Below are positions 38,229 through 48,291 of a stretch of 64,000 nucleotides of DNA, piece after piece. The notes beneath the pieces were generated by a model. The model was not told where the DNA came from. It was given only the letters and a program-made list of their open reading frames with translations, and searched no databases. The stretch spans positions 95,139 to 159,138 of the forward strand of contig NZ_CATMFB010000010.1 of the NCBI RefSeq assembly GCF_950066645.1. Reading direction: 5' to 3'. The position numbers and the translations under genes were made by a program. This stretch comes from an uncultured Thalassolituus sp. (GTDB lineage Bacteria; Pseudomonadota; Gammaproteobacteria; Pseudomonadales; Oceanobacteraceae). The stretch's first letter is position 1. Every line of letters starts with the position of its first letter.

Positions 38229-38606
38229 TCACGCAAACACGACCGCCAGCCACGACAGCGCACTGTGCGCCTTCGCCGTTCCGATCAGGTAAGCAAACAC
38301 CACCAGCGCTGCAACAAACATCTTCAGGCTGGCCTTTTTCATAGCGATGACACCCAGCACCACATAAACCACCAGCCCCAGGAATTTTGCCGTCACCCAA
38401 CCGTCGGTAAACGGGTATTGCTGCAGCTGCAGACACAGCATGGCTGCAGTAATCAGCAACAACGCATTAATACCGTGCGTTACGATATTAAGAACCTTAT
38501 TACTGTTGAGCGCTGGCTTGTAATAAGCCAGAGCAAAACGCAGAACAAAGAGAATCACGGAGAGATAGGCAAACCCCATATGGGAATGCTTAAGAGCCAT
38601 ATACAT
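38229..38606 (-). CDS. SirB2 family membrane protein
   Basis: MY.ALKHSH, PFTDGWVTAK..GLVVYVVLG. Confidence 0.85.
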   Translation of the reverse strand: MYMALKHSHMGFAYLSVILFVLRFALAYYKPALNSNKVLNIVTHGINALLLITAAMLCLQLQQYPFTDGWVTAKFLGLVVYVVLGVIAMKKASLKMFVAALVVFAYLIGTAKAHSALSWLAVVFA

Positions 38607-38770
38607 TGCTATAACCTTATTTTTCTTTATTTAGCCCACTAGAGGCGTCCAGTAACCAGCGTTACCCAGCATTAATTCACAACAACCTGAGCCCCCTGTT
38701 CAGGCTGATGACCGGCCTGACAGACGGCGGCCAAGCATAGCAGATTGTTCCGGCTGGCAACTGACAGAAA

Positions 38771-39205
38771 TCAAACTTCGAGCCAGAAGGTCACAGGGCC
38801 GTCATTGACGAGGCTCACCTGCATATCAGCACCAAACTGGCCTGTGGCAACAGTGACCTTCTGCGCCGCCTGTGCACTGAAGTAATCGTACAGAAGCTCT
38901 GCATCCGCCGGGGCTGCCGCCGTTGAGAATCCGGGCCGGGTTCCCTTACGGGTATCGGCGGCCAGCGTAAATTGTGACACCACCAACATCTCTCCCCCGA
39001 CATCCATCAGACTCAGATTCATGCGACCTTCGGGGTCACTGAACACCCGATAGTTGAGTACTTTTTTCAGCAACCGGTCTGCCTTCTCTTCTGAATCGCC
39101 TTTCTGAACCCCCAACAGCACGAGCAGCCCGGGGCCAGTCTGCCCCACTACATTGTCCGAGACAGTCACGGACGCAGACCGCACTCTCTGAATTAAGGCA
39201 ATCAT
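38771..39205 (-). CDS. dtd: D-aminoacyl-tRNA deacylase
   Basis: [32 protein letters not shown]. Confidence 0.96.
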   Translation of the reverse strand: MIALIQRVRSASVTVSDNVVGQTGPGLLVLLGVQKGDSEEKADRLLKKVLNYRVFSDPEGRMNLSLMDVGGEMLVVSQFTLAADTRKGTRPGFSTAAAPADAELLYDYFSAQAAQKVTVATGQFGADMQVSLVNDGPVTFWLEV

Positions 39206-39279
39206 ATTTGTATCTCCTGTGTTTGCCGCGGCAGGATAGCGCGTTCTATACTCAGAGCAAGCACACAGGGAGAACCAAT

Positions 39280-39822
39280 ATGCTGAGCCATGCCGGCCTG
39301 ATTACCGCAGCCATAGTGACCACACTGGGCCTGACATTACCTGCCCTTGCCGAAACCCGGGTATATATCACCAAAGACGCCGACGGCAATCCCGTGTTCA
39401 GCGACAGGCGCACGCAGGGTTCGGAAGCCCACATAGTACGTGAACTTCCTTCCATGCCGGCCTTTGAAGCTGAAACCACCACTCCCACGGCGGCCCCGGC
39501 AGAGCGTAATCAGGATCAGTTTTCCTACACCAGCCTGACGATAGTGTCGCCCGCAGCCGGAGCAACCCTGCCCACAGGTCAGGCGGGCAATCTCGAAGTC
39601 TCGGGAGTCCTCAGCCCTGGTCTGCGCGACAGTGACAGCCTGGTACTGGTACAAAATGGTGTTGAGGTCGCCAGTGGCCGCCAGACGGCCTTTCAGCTGA
39701 ACAACATGAACCGCGGTGAACACGAGCTACAGATGCTGGTGAAAAACGCACAGGGGAAGACAATCATACGCAGCCAGACCGTCACAATTTTCGTTCAGCG
39801 CAATTCATCCCTCGCCAGATAA
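39280..39822 (+). CDS. DUF4124 domain-containing exported protein
   Basis: Signal peptide; [15 protein letters not shown]; C-terminal Ig-like RGEHEL. Confidence 0.82.
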   Translation: MLSHAGLITAAIVTTLGLTLPALAETRVYITKDADGNPVFSDRRTQGSEAHIVRELPSMPAFEAETTTPTAAPAERNQDQFSYTSLTIVSPAAGATLPTGQAGNLEVSGVLSPGLRDSDSLVLVQNGVEVASGRQTAFQLNNMNRGEHELQMLVKNAQGKTIIRSQTVTIFVQRNSSLAR

Positions 39823-39869
39823 GCACCAAATAGATCCACATTTTTGATGGATCGCATCATTATGGTGCG
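39822..39869. promoter_or_regulatory. Tandem NtrC binding sites
   Basis: AGCACCA-AAT-AGATCCA (39822, weak) and CGCATCA-TTA-TGGTGCG (39853, strong) versus TGCACCA-N3-TGGTGCA; 31 bp apart. Confidence 0.65.
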
Positions 39870-39953
39870 ATTTTTCCTGTATATTTTTTCTTCTGACCAA
39901 GTTAGCAGCATGAAGAATCGGCTTCCGCGCCATTTCTGTGCATGACAGGAATA

Positions 39954-39969
39954 TGGCTTGTTTTTTGCT
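39954..39969 (+). promoter_or_regulatory. Sigma54 promoter of ntrBC
   Basis: TGGCTTGTTTTTTGCT, GG-N10-GC. Confidence 0.7.
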
Positions 39970-39994
39970 GTAACGGATGCAAACGGAGACAACT

Positions 39995-41077
39995 ATGCTG
40001 GCCAACGCAATCACCAATCAACGTCTGCTGGATCACCTGAACACTGGGGTGCTGCTGCTGGATGCCGATCTGCTCGTCATCTACATGAACCCCGCCGCAG
40101 AAGCATTATTGGAGATGAGCGGCTCAAGAGGCCTTGGCACCCCCTTTCCCGAACTGGCCCACGAATCCGATGAGTCCACGGCGTCTCTGCAGGAATCCCT
40201 GATCACCGGGCACTCGTTCACCAAGCGCGAAGCCACGATTCATCTGCACAATATGCAGGCGATCACTCTGGATTACAGTGTCAGTCCGATTTCGCATCCC
40301 GAGACCCGCCTTCCCTGCCTGCTGATTGAACTTCAGGGGCGCGACCGGCTGATGCGTATCAGTCGTGAAGAGCAGTTAATCGCCAAACAGGAAACAACAC
40401 GCAGTCTGGTGCGGGGCCTTGCTCACGAGATTAAAAACCCGCTGGGCGGAATCCGCGGTGCCGCACAGCTGCTAGAGCGGGAATTGCCCGAAAATGATAT
40501 GCGTGAATACACCAATATCATTATCGAAGAAGCTGACCGCCTTCGCGATCTGGTCGACCGCCTGTTAGGGCCCCGCGCCATCCCGAAATGCGAAGAAGTA
40601 AATATTCACGAAGTGCTCGAGCGTGTGTGTCAGCTGATTGAAGTTGAATCGGCCAACCAGATCAGACTTACCCGCGACTACGATCCTTCGATTCCGGAAC
40701 TGGAAGCAGATAAAGGCCAGCTGATCCAGGCGTTGCTTAATATCTGTCGTAACGCAATGCAGGCGATGCTGGAAAACCCCGGGCAGAGCGAGCGCCCTGC
40801 CCTGCATATTAAAACCCGTACTATCCGTCAGTTTACGATCGGTCACCACCGCCATCGCCTGGTAGCCCAGATCGATATTACCGATAACGGCCCGGGGATT
40901 CCCGAGGGCATCCGCGAAGATCTGTTTTATCCCATGGTCAGCGGTCGTGCAGAAGGCACAGGCCTGGGCCTGTCTATTTCGCAATCCATTATTAATCAGA
41001 GCAACGGCATTATTGAATTTACCTCCACTGCCGGATGCACCACATTCTCAATCTATTTACCTTTGGAACCGCTATGA
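39995..41077 (+). CDS. ntrB: Nitrogen regulation sensor kinase NtrB (GlnL)
   Basis: PAS; GLAHEIKNPLGGIRGAAQLL; DNGPGIP; GTGLGL. Confidence 0.96.
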   Translation: MLANAITNQRLLDHLNTGVLLLDADLLVIYMNPAAEALLEMSGSRGLGTPFPELAHESDESTASLQESLITGHSFTKREATIHLHNMQAITLDYSVSPISHPETRLPCLLIELQGRDRLMRISREEQLIAKQETTRSLVRGLAHEIKNPLGGIRGAAQLLERELPENDMREYTNIIIEEADRLRDLVDRLLGPRAIPKCEEVNIHEVLERVCQLIEVESANQIRLTRDYDPSIPELEADKGQLIQALLNICRNAMQAMLENPGQSERPALHIKTRTIRQFTIGHHRHRLVAQIDITDNGPGIPEGIREDLFYPMVSGRAEGTGLGLSISQSIINQSNGIIEFTSTAGCTTFSIYLPLEPL

Positions 41078-42504
41078 GCACTGTCTGGATCATTGATGAT
41101 GATAAATCCATCCGTTGGGTTCTCGAAAAAGCCCTGCAACAGGCGAATATCCAGACCCGCGTATTTGAGCAGGCGGAACCAGCGTTAAATCAGCTCCGCC
41201 GCGAGCATCCGGATGCCATCATTACCGATATCCGTATGCCCGGTATGGACGGCCTGACACTGCTAAAGCACGCCAATGAAGCGCACCCGGATCTGCCTGT
41301 GATTATCATGACAGCGCACTCCGATCTTGAAAGTGCCGTTTCGTCCTATCAGAGCGGCGCGTTCGAATATCTACCTAAGCCATTTGATGTCGATGAAGCA
41401 GTCAGCCTGATCCAGAGAGCGATTGATCATTTCGCTGAAATTTCGGCACAGGCGCCGGCTGAAATTCCGGATATGCCGACGCAGGAAATCATCGGTGAAG
41501 CGCCAGCCATGCAGGAAGTTTTCCGCGCGATCGGCCGGCTCTCACAAAGCAATATTACGGTTCTGATCAACGGTGAATCCGGTACCGGTAAAGAACTGGT
41601 TGCACATGCCCTGCACAAACACAGCCCACGCTCATCCGAACCTTTTATCGCACTTAACATGGCGGCGATTCCGAAAGATCTGATCGAGTCTGAACTGTTC
41701 GGCCACGAAAAAGGCTCATTTACCGGAGCCGGTGGGCAGCGTCGCGGGCGCTTTGAACAAGCCAATGGCGGCACTCTGTTTCTTGACGAAATCGGGGACA
41801 TGCCCGCTGACACTCAGACCCGGCTGCTGCGTGTTCTCGCCGACGGTGAGTTCTATCGCGTCGGGGGCACAACACCGGTCAAAGTAAACGTCCGTATTAT
41901 TGCCGCGACTCACCAGAACCTGGAAACACTGGTAAAAGAAGGCCGCTTCCGGGAAGACCTTTTTCACCGCCTGAATGTGATCCGCATTCACCTTCCTCGT
42001 CTGGCAGACCGCCGTGAGGACATACCGAAACTGCTGACGCATTTCCTGAAGCGCGCTGCCGAAGAGCTGGAGGTCGAATACAAGACTCTGCGTCCGGAAA
42101 CCGAGGAGTTTCTGAGCACTCTGGACTGGCCAGGTAACGTTCGTCAGCTGGAAAATACCTGCCGCTGGATCACAGTAATGGCGTCTGGTCGCGAAGTTCT
42201 GATCAATGACCTTCCACCAGAATTGCTGGAGCAGAAGAGTGACGTTCAGACGTCAGGCAACTGGGAACAGAGCCTGCGCTTCTGGGCCGACCAGCAGCTG
42301 GCGAGTGGTGTTGATCACCTGCTGGACACTGCTGTGCCCGCCTTTGAACGAATTATGATTGAAACAGCGCTGAAACATACGGCTGGCCGTCGTCGTGATG
42401 CCGCCAACCTGCTTGGCTGGGGTCGTAATACTCTGACACGCAAAATTAAAGAGCTGCAGATGGACACTGACGAACATCACGATGATGACGACAGTGAGGA
42501 ATAA
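41074..42504 (+). CDS. ntrC: Nitrogen regulation response regulator NtrC (GlnG)
   Basis: REC domain; GESGTGKE; ESELFGHEKGSFTGA; HTAGRRRDAANLLGWGRNTLTRK. Confidence 0.97.
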   Translation: MSTVWIIDDDKSIRWVLEKALQQANIQTRVFEQAEPALNQLRREHPDAIITDIRMPGMDGLTLLKHANEAHPDLPVIIMTAHSDLESAVSSYQSGAFEYLPKPFDVDEAVSLIQRAIDHFAEISAQAPAEIPDMPTQEIIGEAPAMQEVFRAIGRLSQSNITVLINGESGTGKELVAHALHKHSPRSSEPFIALNMAAIPKDLIESELFGHEKGSFTGAGGQRRGRFEQANGGTLFLDEIGDMPADTQTRLLRVLADGEFYRVGGTTPVKVNVRIIAATHQNLETLVKEGRFREDLFHRLNVIRIHLPRLADRREDIPKLLTHFLKRAAEELEVEYKTLRPETEEFLSTLDWPGNVRQLENTCRWITVMASGREVLINDLPPELLEQKSDVQTSGNWEQSLRFWADQQLASGVDHLLDTAVPAFERIMIETALKHTAGRRRDAANLLGWGRNTLTRKIKELQMDTDEHHDDDDSEE

Positions 42505-42520
42505 CAGACGCTTCTGTTGA

Positions 42521-42551
42521 AATAAAAAAGGGCTGAACGCCCTTTTTTATT
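42521..42551. terminator. Bidirectional intrinsic terminator between ntrC and the msh operon
   Basis: AATAAAAAAGGGC-TGAAC-GCCCTTTTTTATT. Confidence 0.85.
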
Positions 42552-42560
42552 GTCTGTATT

Positions 42561-45125
42561 TCAACGTATTTCCCGGGTAAATATTATCCGTTCATGACCT
42601 CGGGCAACGCCAAAAGCCGCTTCTGCCCCCGGGTCTTCTTCACTGCCATTACTGTCATAATCAAATTGCAGCCAGGCAGGGGCATCGTAATTAATTTTCG
42701 CAGTGCCCGTGAATTTATACCCGAGTACAGTCAGAGGGGACTGAAGAATCAAACCACTCCCTGAAGACGTGCCTGCCGACAACATGCCAGAGCTCGCAAG
42801 CAGATTCGTTATCCAGGTGGCCGGAGACACAGTAAAGGGGTCCACCGTTGCATCCGCACTGCTCCATGCCGTGCAATAATCATCATCATTTAAGATATAC
42901 CGGCCTCCCGAGAAGTACTCGGTACGCAATGGCACTACCATATCAATGGTGCTGCTACCGTGATTGTTTTCCAGCCACATCCGGCCGTAACGCATCTCGA
43001 AACCCGAGGCAGGATTAAATGTCTGCGAGGCCGATAATGTGACACCGTCGGAGTCTGTCACCGTAGCAAGGACATACGTCAGCGCCGGGCTGAAAGGCTC
43101 GACCTCAGAATCCGCCGTGCGGGCATACGTAATCTCATCCGACGGATCCATGATGTACTGCATCACTCCCGGCGCAGACACATTAAGTATTCCCACCGAA
43201 GCATCAACAGAGACCGGCATCGCTGCCCCCGCAGTATTCACCTTTGCATCATCTTCCGACGGTGACGTCACACTGACCCCGGCATTGGTCAGTTTCCGGT
43301 AGGCGTCCGCGGTATAGTTCAGCGTTGTGCTTCCGGCCAGGTTACGGGCGGTTATTTCAAATTCAGGCGCCACAAACCAATGCACCGGCTCGCCGATATA
43401 GGCATAGGCGTCACTGATGGCACAGGTAGGCGCCAATGTCCCCTGATCAACAACCGTCGCTGTAAAATGATCGGGGTAAAACCGTCCCCCCGGAGAGCTG
43501 CTGTATGTGCCCATAGCATACCCCCGGTACGCTGGTGTGGTGACATCGAAACGAAAGACCCCGACGTCGCTCTCCGTCACACTGACGGTATTCCGCCCTC
43601 CTGTGGACGACGGAGCATCCCAGGCCGGCGTATGATCGTAACTCACCGGAAACACGGTACCATCTGAATTCGCAGGCGCCGGGGACACCGCCACAGAAGA
43701 GAGGGTAAGACCGTTCTCCCGATAACTTGGCGTTCCACTGTTACCCGCACAGAAATCCGTGTCTGTATCTGATTCCCAGGCTACCGCCGTGACATCCAGT
43801 GTGAAGGGGGCACCAGCCTTCACAGCAGCCGGACAGGTTTCATCGGCATCCGTGCAGGCTACCGATGACGTGACACACAGTCCGGCGGGATAGGCAACGA
43901 AGTCGCCGCTGCCACTCATCACCAACCCGCTGTCGTTGTATACGGCACTGAGCCTGGTATTGCCGACGTCAGCGTAATTCAGTGCCAGGGTAGCAACACC
44001 ATCACCATCAAAATTCAGAGGCCTCGCCACCGCACCCGACACTGAATTGCCGATTGCACTGCCATCGACATCGACATTCCAGTTCACCACCCTGCCGCTG
44101 TCGTCTGGTGGCAGATAGTCACTCCAGAGCATCACCGAGCGGGTGACATTAGCGAAGGCTGGAACACATTTCTGCGTCGCGTCGTCTTTTTTTACCGCTT
44201 TGATCTGTGCGCTTGTTGCACGCCGGGCAGGAAAATCCGGGACCTCAACAACAAAGCCACTGTCGGCAAAAAACAGGGAGCAGGCCGCACTGGCTGCACC
44301 ACCATTGATGGCGCACTGAGTCGCCCCACCAATCGTCGCCGGGAGTGATGACGTCACCGACAGTGTCACCGGTTCAGGGGTGGTGTGACTCAGAGACAGG
44401 GAAGCCGTACCGCCATTAAACGATACCGTGCTGCCTCCCACCCAGCCACTGGGGCTCAACTGCACAGTCACTGGGTCTGTGTACAGAGACGAGCAGCTGG
44501 CATCAGCACAGGCCTGCAGGGTTACAGGTTGTGGCGAGCAGGTCAGTGCAGGAGACGCGTAGACAAACTGATAATGATCCGGCCCGGTAGGCACCAGATC
44601 GGCAGCGATATTAATATTACTGACGTACCAGTTATCCCCCAGAAGATCGAAAAGGCTATAACCGCCGCCAAGCATCACATACCGTATCTGAAAGCTGTCG
44701 TGATAGGCGTCGGTCGGTAGACTGGCACTGTAGGTAAACCAGTTGCCCAATGAAATCAGCCCCAGAAACCCGTTGTTAGCAACAAAGGTATTCAGTGTTT
44801 TCCAGCTGCCATCATCAGCACGGTAATCAACCCGAAGATTTTCGCCGGGATTCGGTGCCGAACCGATCAGCCCCAGAAGATTAAAGGGCACAGTGACATC
44901 AAACGACAGGTCGACTGAGTTGGCATTGGCAAAATCGTACTGCTGCGATTCAACTTCGACGTAGCCGTTATGAATACGCAGCTCGTTCAGGCCATTGATT
45001 TCGGCACGGGAAGGTACGGAGGCAATCCAGTCCACTCCCATAGTGGCTCCCTGCAGCAGATTCAGATTCTGCAGAAGCGCCTGCCCCGGCAGGCTGACGC
45101 TCAGAAGCACCACACACAGGGGCAT
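42561..45125 (-). CDS. mshQ: MshQ-like pilus adhesin 3 (single jelly-roll head with hydrophobic loops + DUF6701-type C-terminus)
   Basis: DHY..ALTC, AVKKDD..CVPAF, YGRMWLE, FGVARGHERIIFTRE; start uncertain (45125 or 45188). Confidence 0.8.
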   Translation of the reverse strand: MPLCVVLLSVSLPGQALLQNLNLLQGATMGVDWIASVPSRAEINGLNELRIHNGYVEVESQQYDFANANSVDLSFDVTVPFNLLGLIGSAPNPGENLRVDYRADDGSWKTLNTFVANNGFLGLISLGNWFTYSASLPTDAYHDSFQIRYVMLGGGYSLFDLLGDNWYVSNINIAADLVPTGPDHYQFVYASPALTCSPQPVTLQACADASCSSLYTDPVTVQLSPSGWVGGSTVSFNGGTASLSLSHTTPEPVTLSVTSSLPATIGGATQCAINGGAASAACSLFFADSGFVVEVPDFPARRATSAQIKAVKKDDATQKCVPAFANVTRSVMLWSDYLPPDDSGRVVNWNVDVDGSAIGNSVSGAVARPLNFDGDGVATLALNYADVGNTRLSAVYNDSGLVMSGSGDFVAYPAGLCVTSSVACTDADETCPAAVKAGAPFTLDVTAVAWESDTDTDFCAGNSGTPSYRENGLTLSSVAVSPAPANSDGTVFPVSYDHTPAWDAPSSTGGRNTVSVTESDVGVFRFDVTTPAYRGYAMGTYSSSPGGRFYPDHFTATVVDQGTLAPTCAISDAYAYIGEPVHWFVAPEFEITARNLAGSTTLNYTADAYRKLTNAGVSVTSPSEDDAKVNTAGAAMPVSVDASVGILNVSAPGVMQYIMDPSDEITYARTADSEVEPFSPALTYVLATVTDSDGVTLSASQTFNPASGFEMRYGRMWLENNHGSSTIDMVVPLRTEYFSGGRYILNDDDYCTAWSSADATVDPFTVSPATWITNLLASSGMLSAGTSSGSGLILQSPLTVLGYKFTGTAKINYDAPAWLQFDYDSNGSEEDPGAEAAFGVARGHERIIFTREIR

Positions 45126-45153
45126 TAATACCCCGAAAGAATATATCGGGGAT

Positions 45154-48100
45154 TTAGCGCAGTTCTCTCCGGTAGATGACTTTTTCATGCCCACGATATA
45201 CACCAAAGGTTGCCGTTCCCTGAGGGTTCTCAAAACTTCCATCATTATCGTAATCACCCGTCAGCCATGACGGTGCCGCATATTCAACGGTGGCTTCACC
45301 TGTGTCGGGCGTACCCGGCGCATTGACAGGAGCCTGCAACAGAATGCCGCCGCTACCACTCAATCCACTGCCCACTGTCCCAGAGGATGCCTGAATCGCT
45401 GTGAGCGTCGCAGGCGAGACTGAGGCATTCACGCTGTCCCAGGTCGTACAGGAGTCATCATCAGACACCAGATAGCGACCTCCATCGTAGTACTCAATCC
45501 GTAGCGGCATCACCAGATCACTGGTTTCCGGCCCGTAGGTGTCTTCAAGCCACATACGTCCGAATCTCAACCAGAGACTTGCCACCGGAGTGGCACTGTA
45601 GGGGCCACCCGTCAGCGCGGCATCAAGGTCACTGGCAGCAGTAAGCTGATAGGTAATATCCGGCTGAAAACTGGCTACTTCTGCCGTTGCTGAACGCGTG
45701 TAAGTCCAGTCGTCCAGAGCACTCATCGTATAGGTCACTACCCCACCAGGACCGGCTGGAACGCTGACAGTGCCCTCATTCACCGTCGTAACCACCGGCA
45801 GCGGTGTCGTGGCGTCAGTGGCTACTGCATTGTTGTCCTGCGTCGGGCCACTCACTGTAACGCCCGACGGCAATAACCTCATAAACCCACCTTGAGTGTA
45901 GTTCAGCGTGACGTCATTTGCCGCATTTTCAGCCCGAATGGAAAACTCAGGAGCAACCAGCCAACCCGAGCTCTGGCCGCTGTAAGTCAATGGGGTGCCC
46001 ACGGTGCAGGCACCCAACAGCTCGCCCGGCTCACTGACAGACGCCGTAAAGTGATGAGGATAAAAACGGCCAGTCGCCGGACTGCTGTATGTACCCATCG
46101 GATAGCCCCGGTAGGCAGGCGCAGTCACATCGAAGCGGAACACCCCGACCTCCGACTGACTGGCAGACACAGTGTTTGATCCACCTGTGCCGCTGCCAGC
46201 ATCGTACGATGCAGTATGAGCGTAGGAGGCCGGCGACACAGTGCCGTTGCTGTTTGCCGGAGAGGGCGCGAGCACGACAGATGACAACGCGAGAGTGTCG
46301 CGATAATTAGGTGTGCCGGCATTGCCTGAACACAGGTCTGTGTCGCCATCACTTTCCCACGCCACGGCAGTGACGGTCAGATCGAAACTGTCGCCAGCCG
46401 CGACAAACGCCGGGCAACTGCTGTTAGCTGCTGCGCAGGTTCCGGCACTGCTCACGCAGAGCCCTGCCGGATACACGACAAAATCATCATTGCCTGTCAT
46501 CACAAGTCCGGCGTCGACACCACTGCCATCGTAGCGGACGTTAAGCTGGGTATTCCCCACGTCCTGGTAGTTCACGGTGACGGTCGCCTGCCCCGTTGCA
46601 TCAAAATTCAGATTCTGCGTCGGCGCAGTTGCCAGACTGGAACCGATCGCGGCTCCGTTCACACTGACCGGCCAGTTAACGACTCTGCCGGTATTGTCAG
46701 GCGCCAGATAATCGGACCACAGACGCACAGGCTTAGTCACGCTGGCAAAGGCAGGCACGCACTGTTGAGTTGCATCATCTTTCCTGACCGCGCGGACCGT
46801 CGCTGATGTAGCGCGATTCGCCACAAAATCATTCACATCCACAGCAAAGCCGCTGTCGGCAAACGTAAGATCACAGAAGGTGCTCTCTGCACCCCCGTCG
46901 ATCACACAGGTGTTAGCAGCCCCCGAAATAGCGGGCGTCGCAGAAGATGCGCCTATAGTCACCGTACCCGGAGTGGTATGCGCCAGCGACACTGTAGTAC
47001 TGCCACCACTGAAATTAACGGTGTCACCGCCGACCCAGCCGGTCGGTGTCAGCGTCAGACTGACAGGGTCGGTATAGAGGGTTGAACAGGAAGCATCCTG
47101 ACAGGCCTCAATGGTCACCGAATGCGTATTACAGGTCAGCGCTGACGAGCCATAACTGAAGCGGTAATGATCGACACCGTCCGTACGCAGCGTCCGGGTA
47201 CCGATATAGACCTCGTCAATGTGGTACATATCGTAGCGGCGCAGTCCCGAAACCGTCCCATCCACCTGATAAAAACGTATTTTGAACGCACTGTGCAGGC
47301 CCTCAGGAGGGATACGAGCGCTGAAATTACGGACACGCCCGGCATCCCCGCCTTCAGCCTCGTAGAAAGCAATCGGGCGCCATGTGCCGTCTGACAGGTA
47401 CATCTCCGTATACAGATGGTCATTACCCGAGGGGTCTTCACTATCGTAATTTCCTACCGTCAGTGCATCGGTACCGCTCAGCGAGTCCAGGCCATTTCTG
47501 ATCCAGTAGGAAATTTCCGCATACTCTTCGCCACTGAGGTCAATATCACGCGTGGTGGTATAACGCACACCGCAACAGGTATAAAAACTCTTCGATCCCG
47601 CCGCTGACGTGTGATTACTGATTTCGGAGGTAAAGTTGCCGTCGATTCTCAGGAAGGTCCAGTCGAGCGTAGAGAGCAACAGATTGCGCTCGAAGCCATC
47701 GTAGAATATAGGCGTTTCATCGGCGGGAATAATATCGGCGATTTCGATATCGTCGATATGCCAGAAGTCGCGGTTATTGCCAGAACCATCAATCTGATAA
47801 AACCGGAAGCGGAAATTCGCATGTTTCGCATTGGCCGGCAGCGTCATAAAAAAGGGATAAATATCACCTTCTGATGCTCCTCCCCCTTCAAACGTTTCGA
47901 CCCTCTGCCAGGTTCCATTCGACAGATAGATTTCGAAATGCAGATCGTCTCCAGAAGACGTCCACTCACTGAAATCATCGGAGCCCTGGCGCAACCAGAA
48001 ACGCAGACGGGCTGTTCCCATGGCGGAAGTATCGATCACGGGTGAGGTGACAATAATCTCACCGCAGCACAGATAGAGGCTGTAAGAACCGGATATTTTC

Positions 48101-48282
48101 GCCTGAGTGCCAAAACCGGCCTGGCCATCATCAAGCACTGTGGCTGTGTAAGTATAGCTGTCTCCGCCAGGCTCGAAGTCATCAAAGAATACAATGGTCT
48201 GAGCAGCAAATACCGGGGAGGACAGCGCCAGCAGCAACCATAATGCTGACTGGATAAAACGTCTGGAGTAATCGCTCAGCAT
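45154..48282 (-). CDS. mshQ: MshQ-like pilus adhesin 2 (two tandem reelin-like jelly-roll repeats + DUF6701-type C-terminus)
   Basis: Signal peptide; repeats aa ~30-182 and ~192-361; AVRKDD, FGRMWLE, FGVYRGHEKVIYRRE. Confidence 0.82.
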   Translation of the reverse strand: MLSDYSRRFIQSALWLLLALSSPVFAAQTIVFFDDFEPGGDSYTYTATVLDDGQAGFGTQAKISGSYSLYLCCGEIIVTSPVIDTSAMGTARLRFWLRQGSDDFSEWTSSGDDLHFEIYLSNGTWQRVETFEGGGASEGDIYPFFMTLPANAKHANFRFRFYQIDGSGNNRDFWHIDDIEIADIIPADETPIFYDGFERNLLLSTLDWTFLRIDGNFTSEISNHTSAAGSKSFYTCCGVRYTTTRDIDLSGEEYAEISYWIRNGLDSLSGTDALTVGNYDSEDPSGNDHLYTEMYLSDGTWRPIAFYEAEGGDAGRVRNFSARIPPEGLHSAFKIRFYQVDGTVSGLRRYDMYHIDEVYIGTRTLRTDGVDHYRFSYGSSALTCNTHSVTIEACQDASCSTLYTDPVSLTLTPTGWVGGDTVNFSGGSTTVSLAHTTPGTVTIGASSATPAISGAANTCVIDGGAESTFCDLTFADSGFAVDVNDFVANRATSATVRAVRKDDATQQCVPAFASVTKPVRLWSDYLAPDNTGRVVNWPVSVNGAAIGSSLATAPTQNLNFDATGQATVTVNYQDVGNTQLNVRYDGSGVDAGLVMTGNDDFVVYPAGLCVSSAGTCAAANSSCPAFVAAGDSFDLTVTAVAWESDGDTDLCSGNAGTPNYRDTLALSSVVLAPSPANSNGTVSPASYAHTASYDAGSGTGGSNTVSASQSEVGVFRFDVTAPAYRGYPMGTYSSPATGRFYPHHFTASVSEPGELLGACTVGTPLTYSGQSSGWLVAPEFSIRAENAANDVTLNYTQGGFMRLLPSGVTVSGPTQDNNAVATDATTPLPVVTTVNEGTVSVPAGPGGVVTYTMSALDDWTYTRSATAEVASFQPDITYQLTAASDLDAALTGGPYSATPVASLWLRFGRMWLEDTYGPETSDLVMPLRIEYYDGGRYLVSDDDSCTTWDSVNASVSPATLTAIQASSGTVGSGLSGSGGILLQAPVNAPGTPDTGEATVEYAAPSWLTGDYDNDGSFENPQGTATFGVYRGHEKVIYRRELR

Positions 48283-48291
48283 AGATACCTC

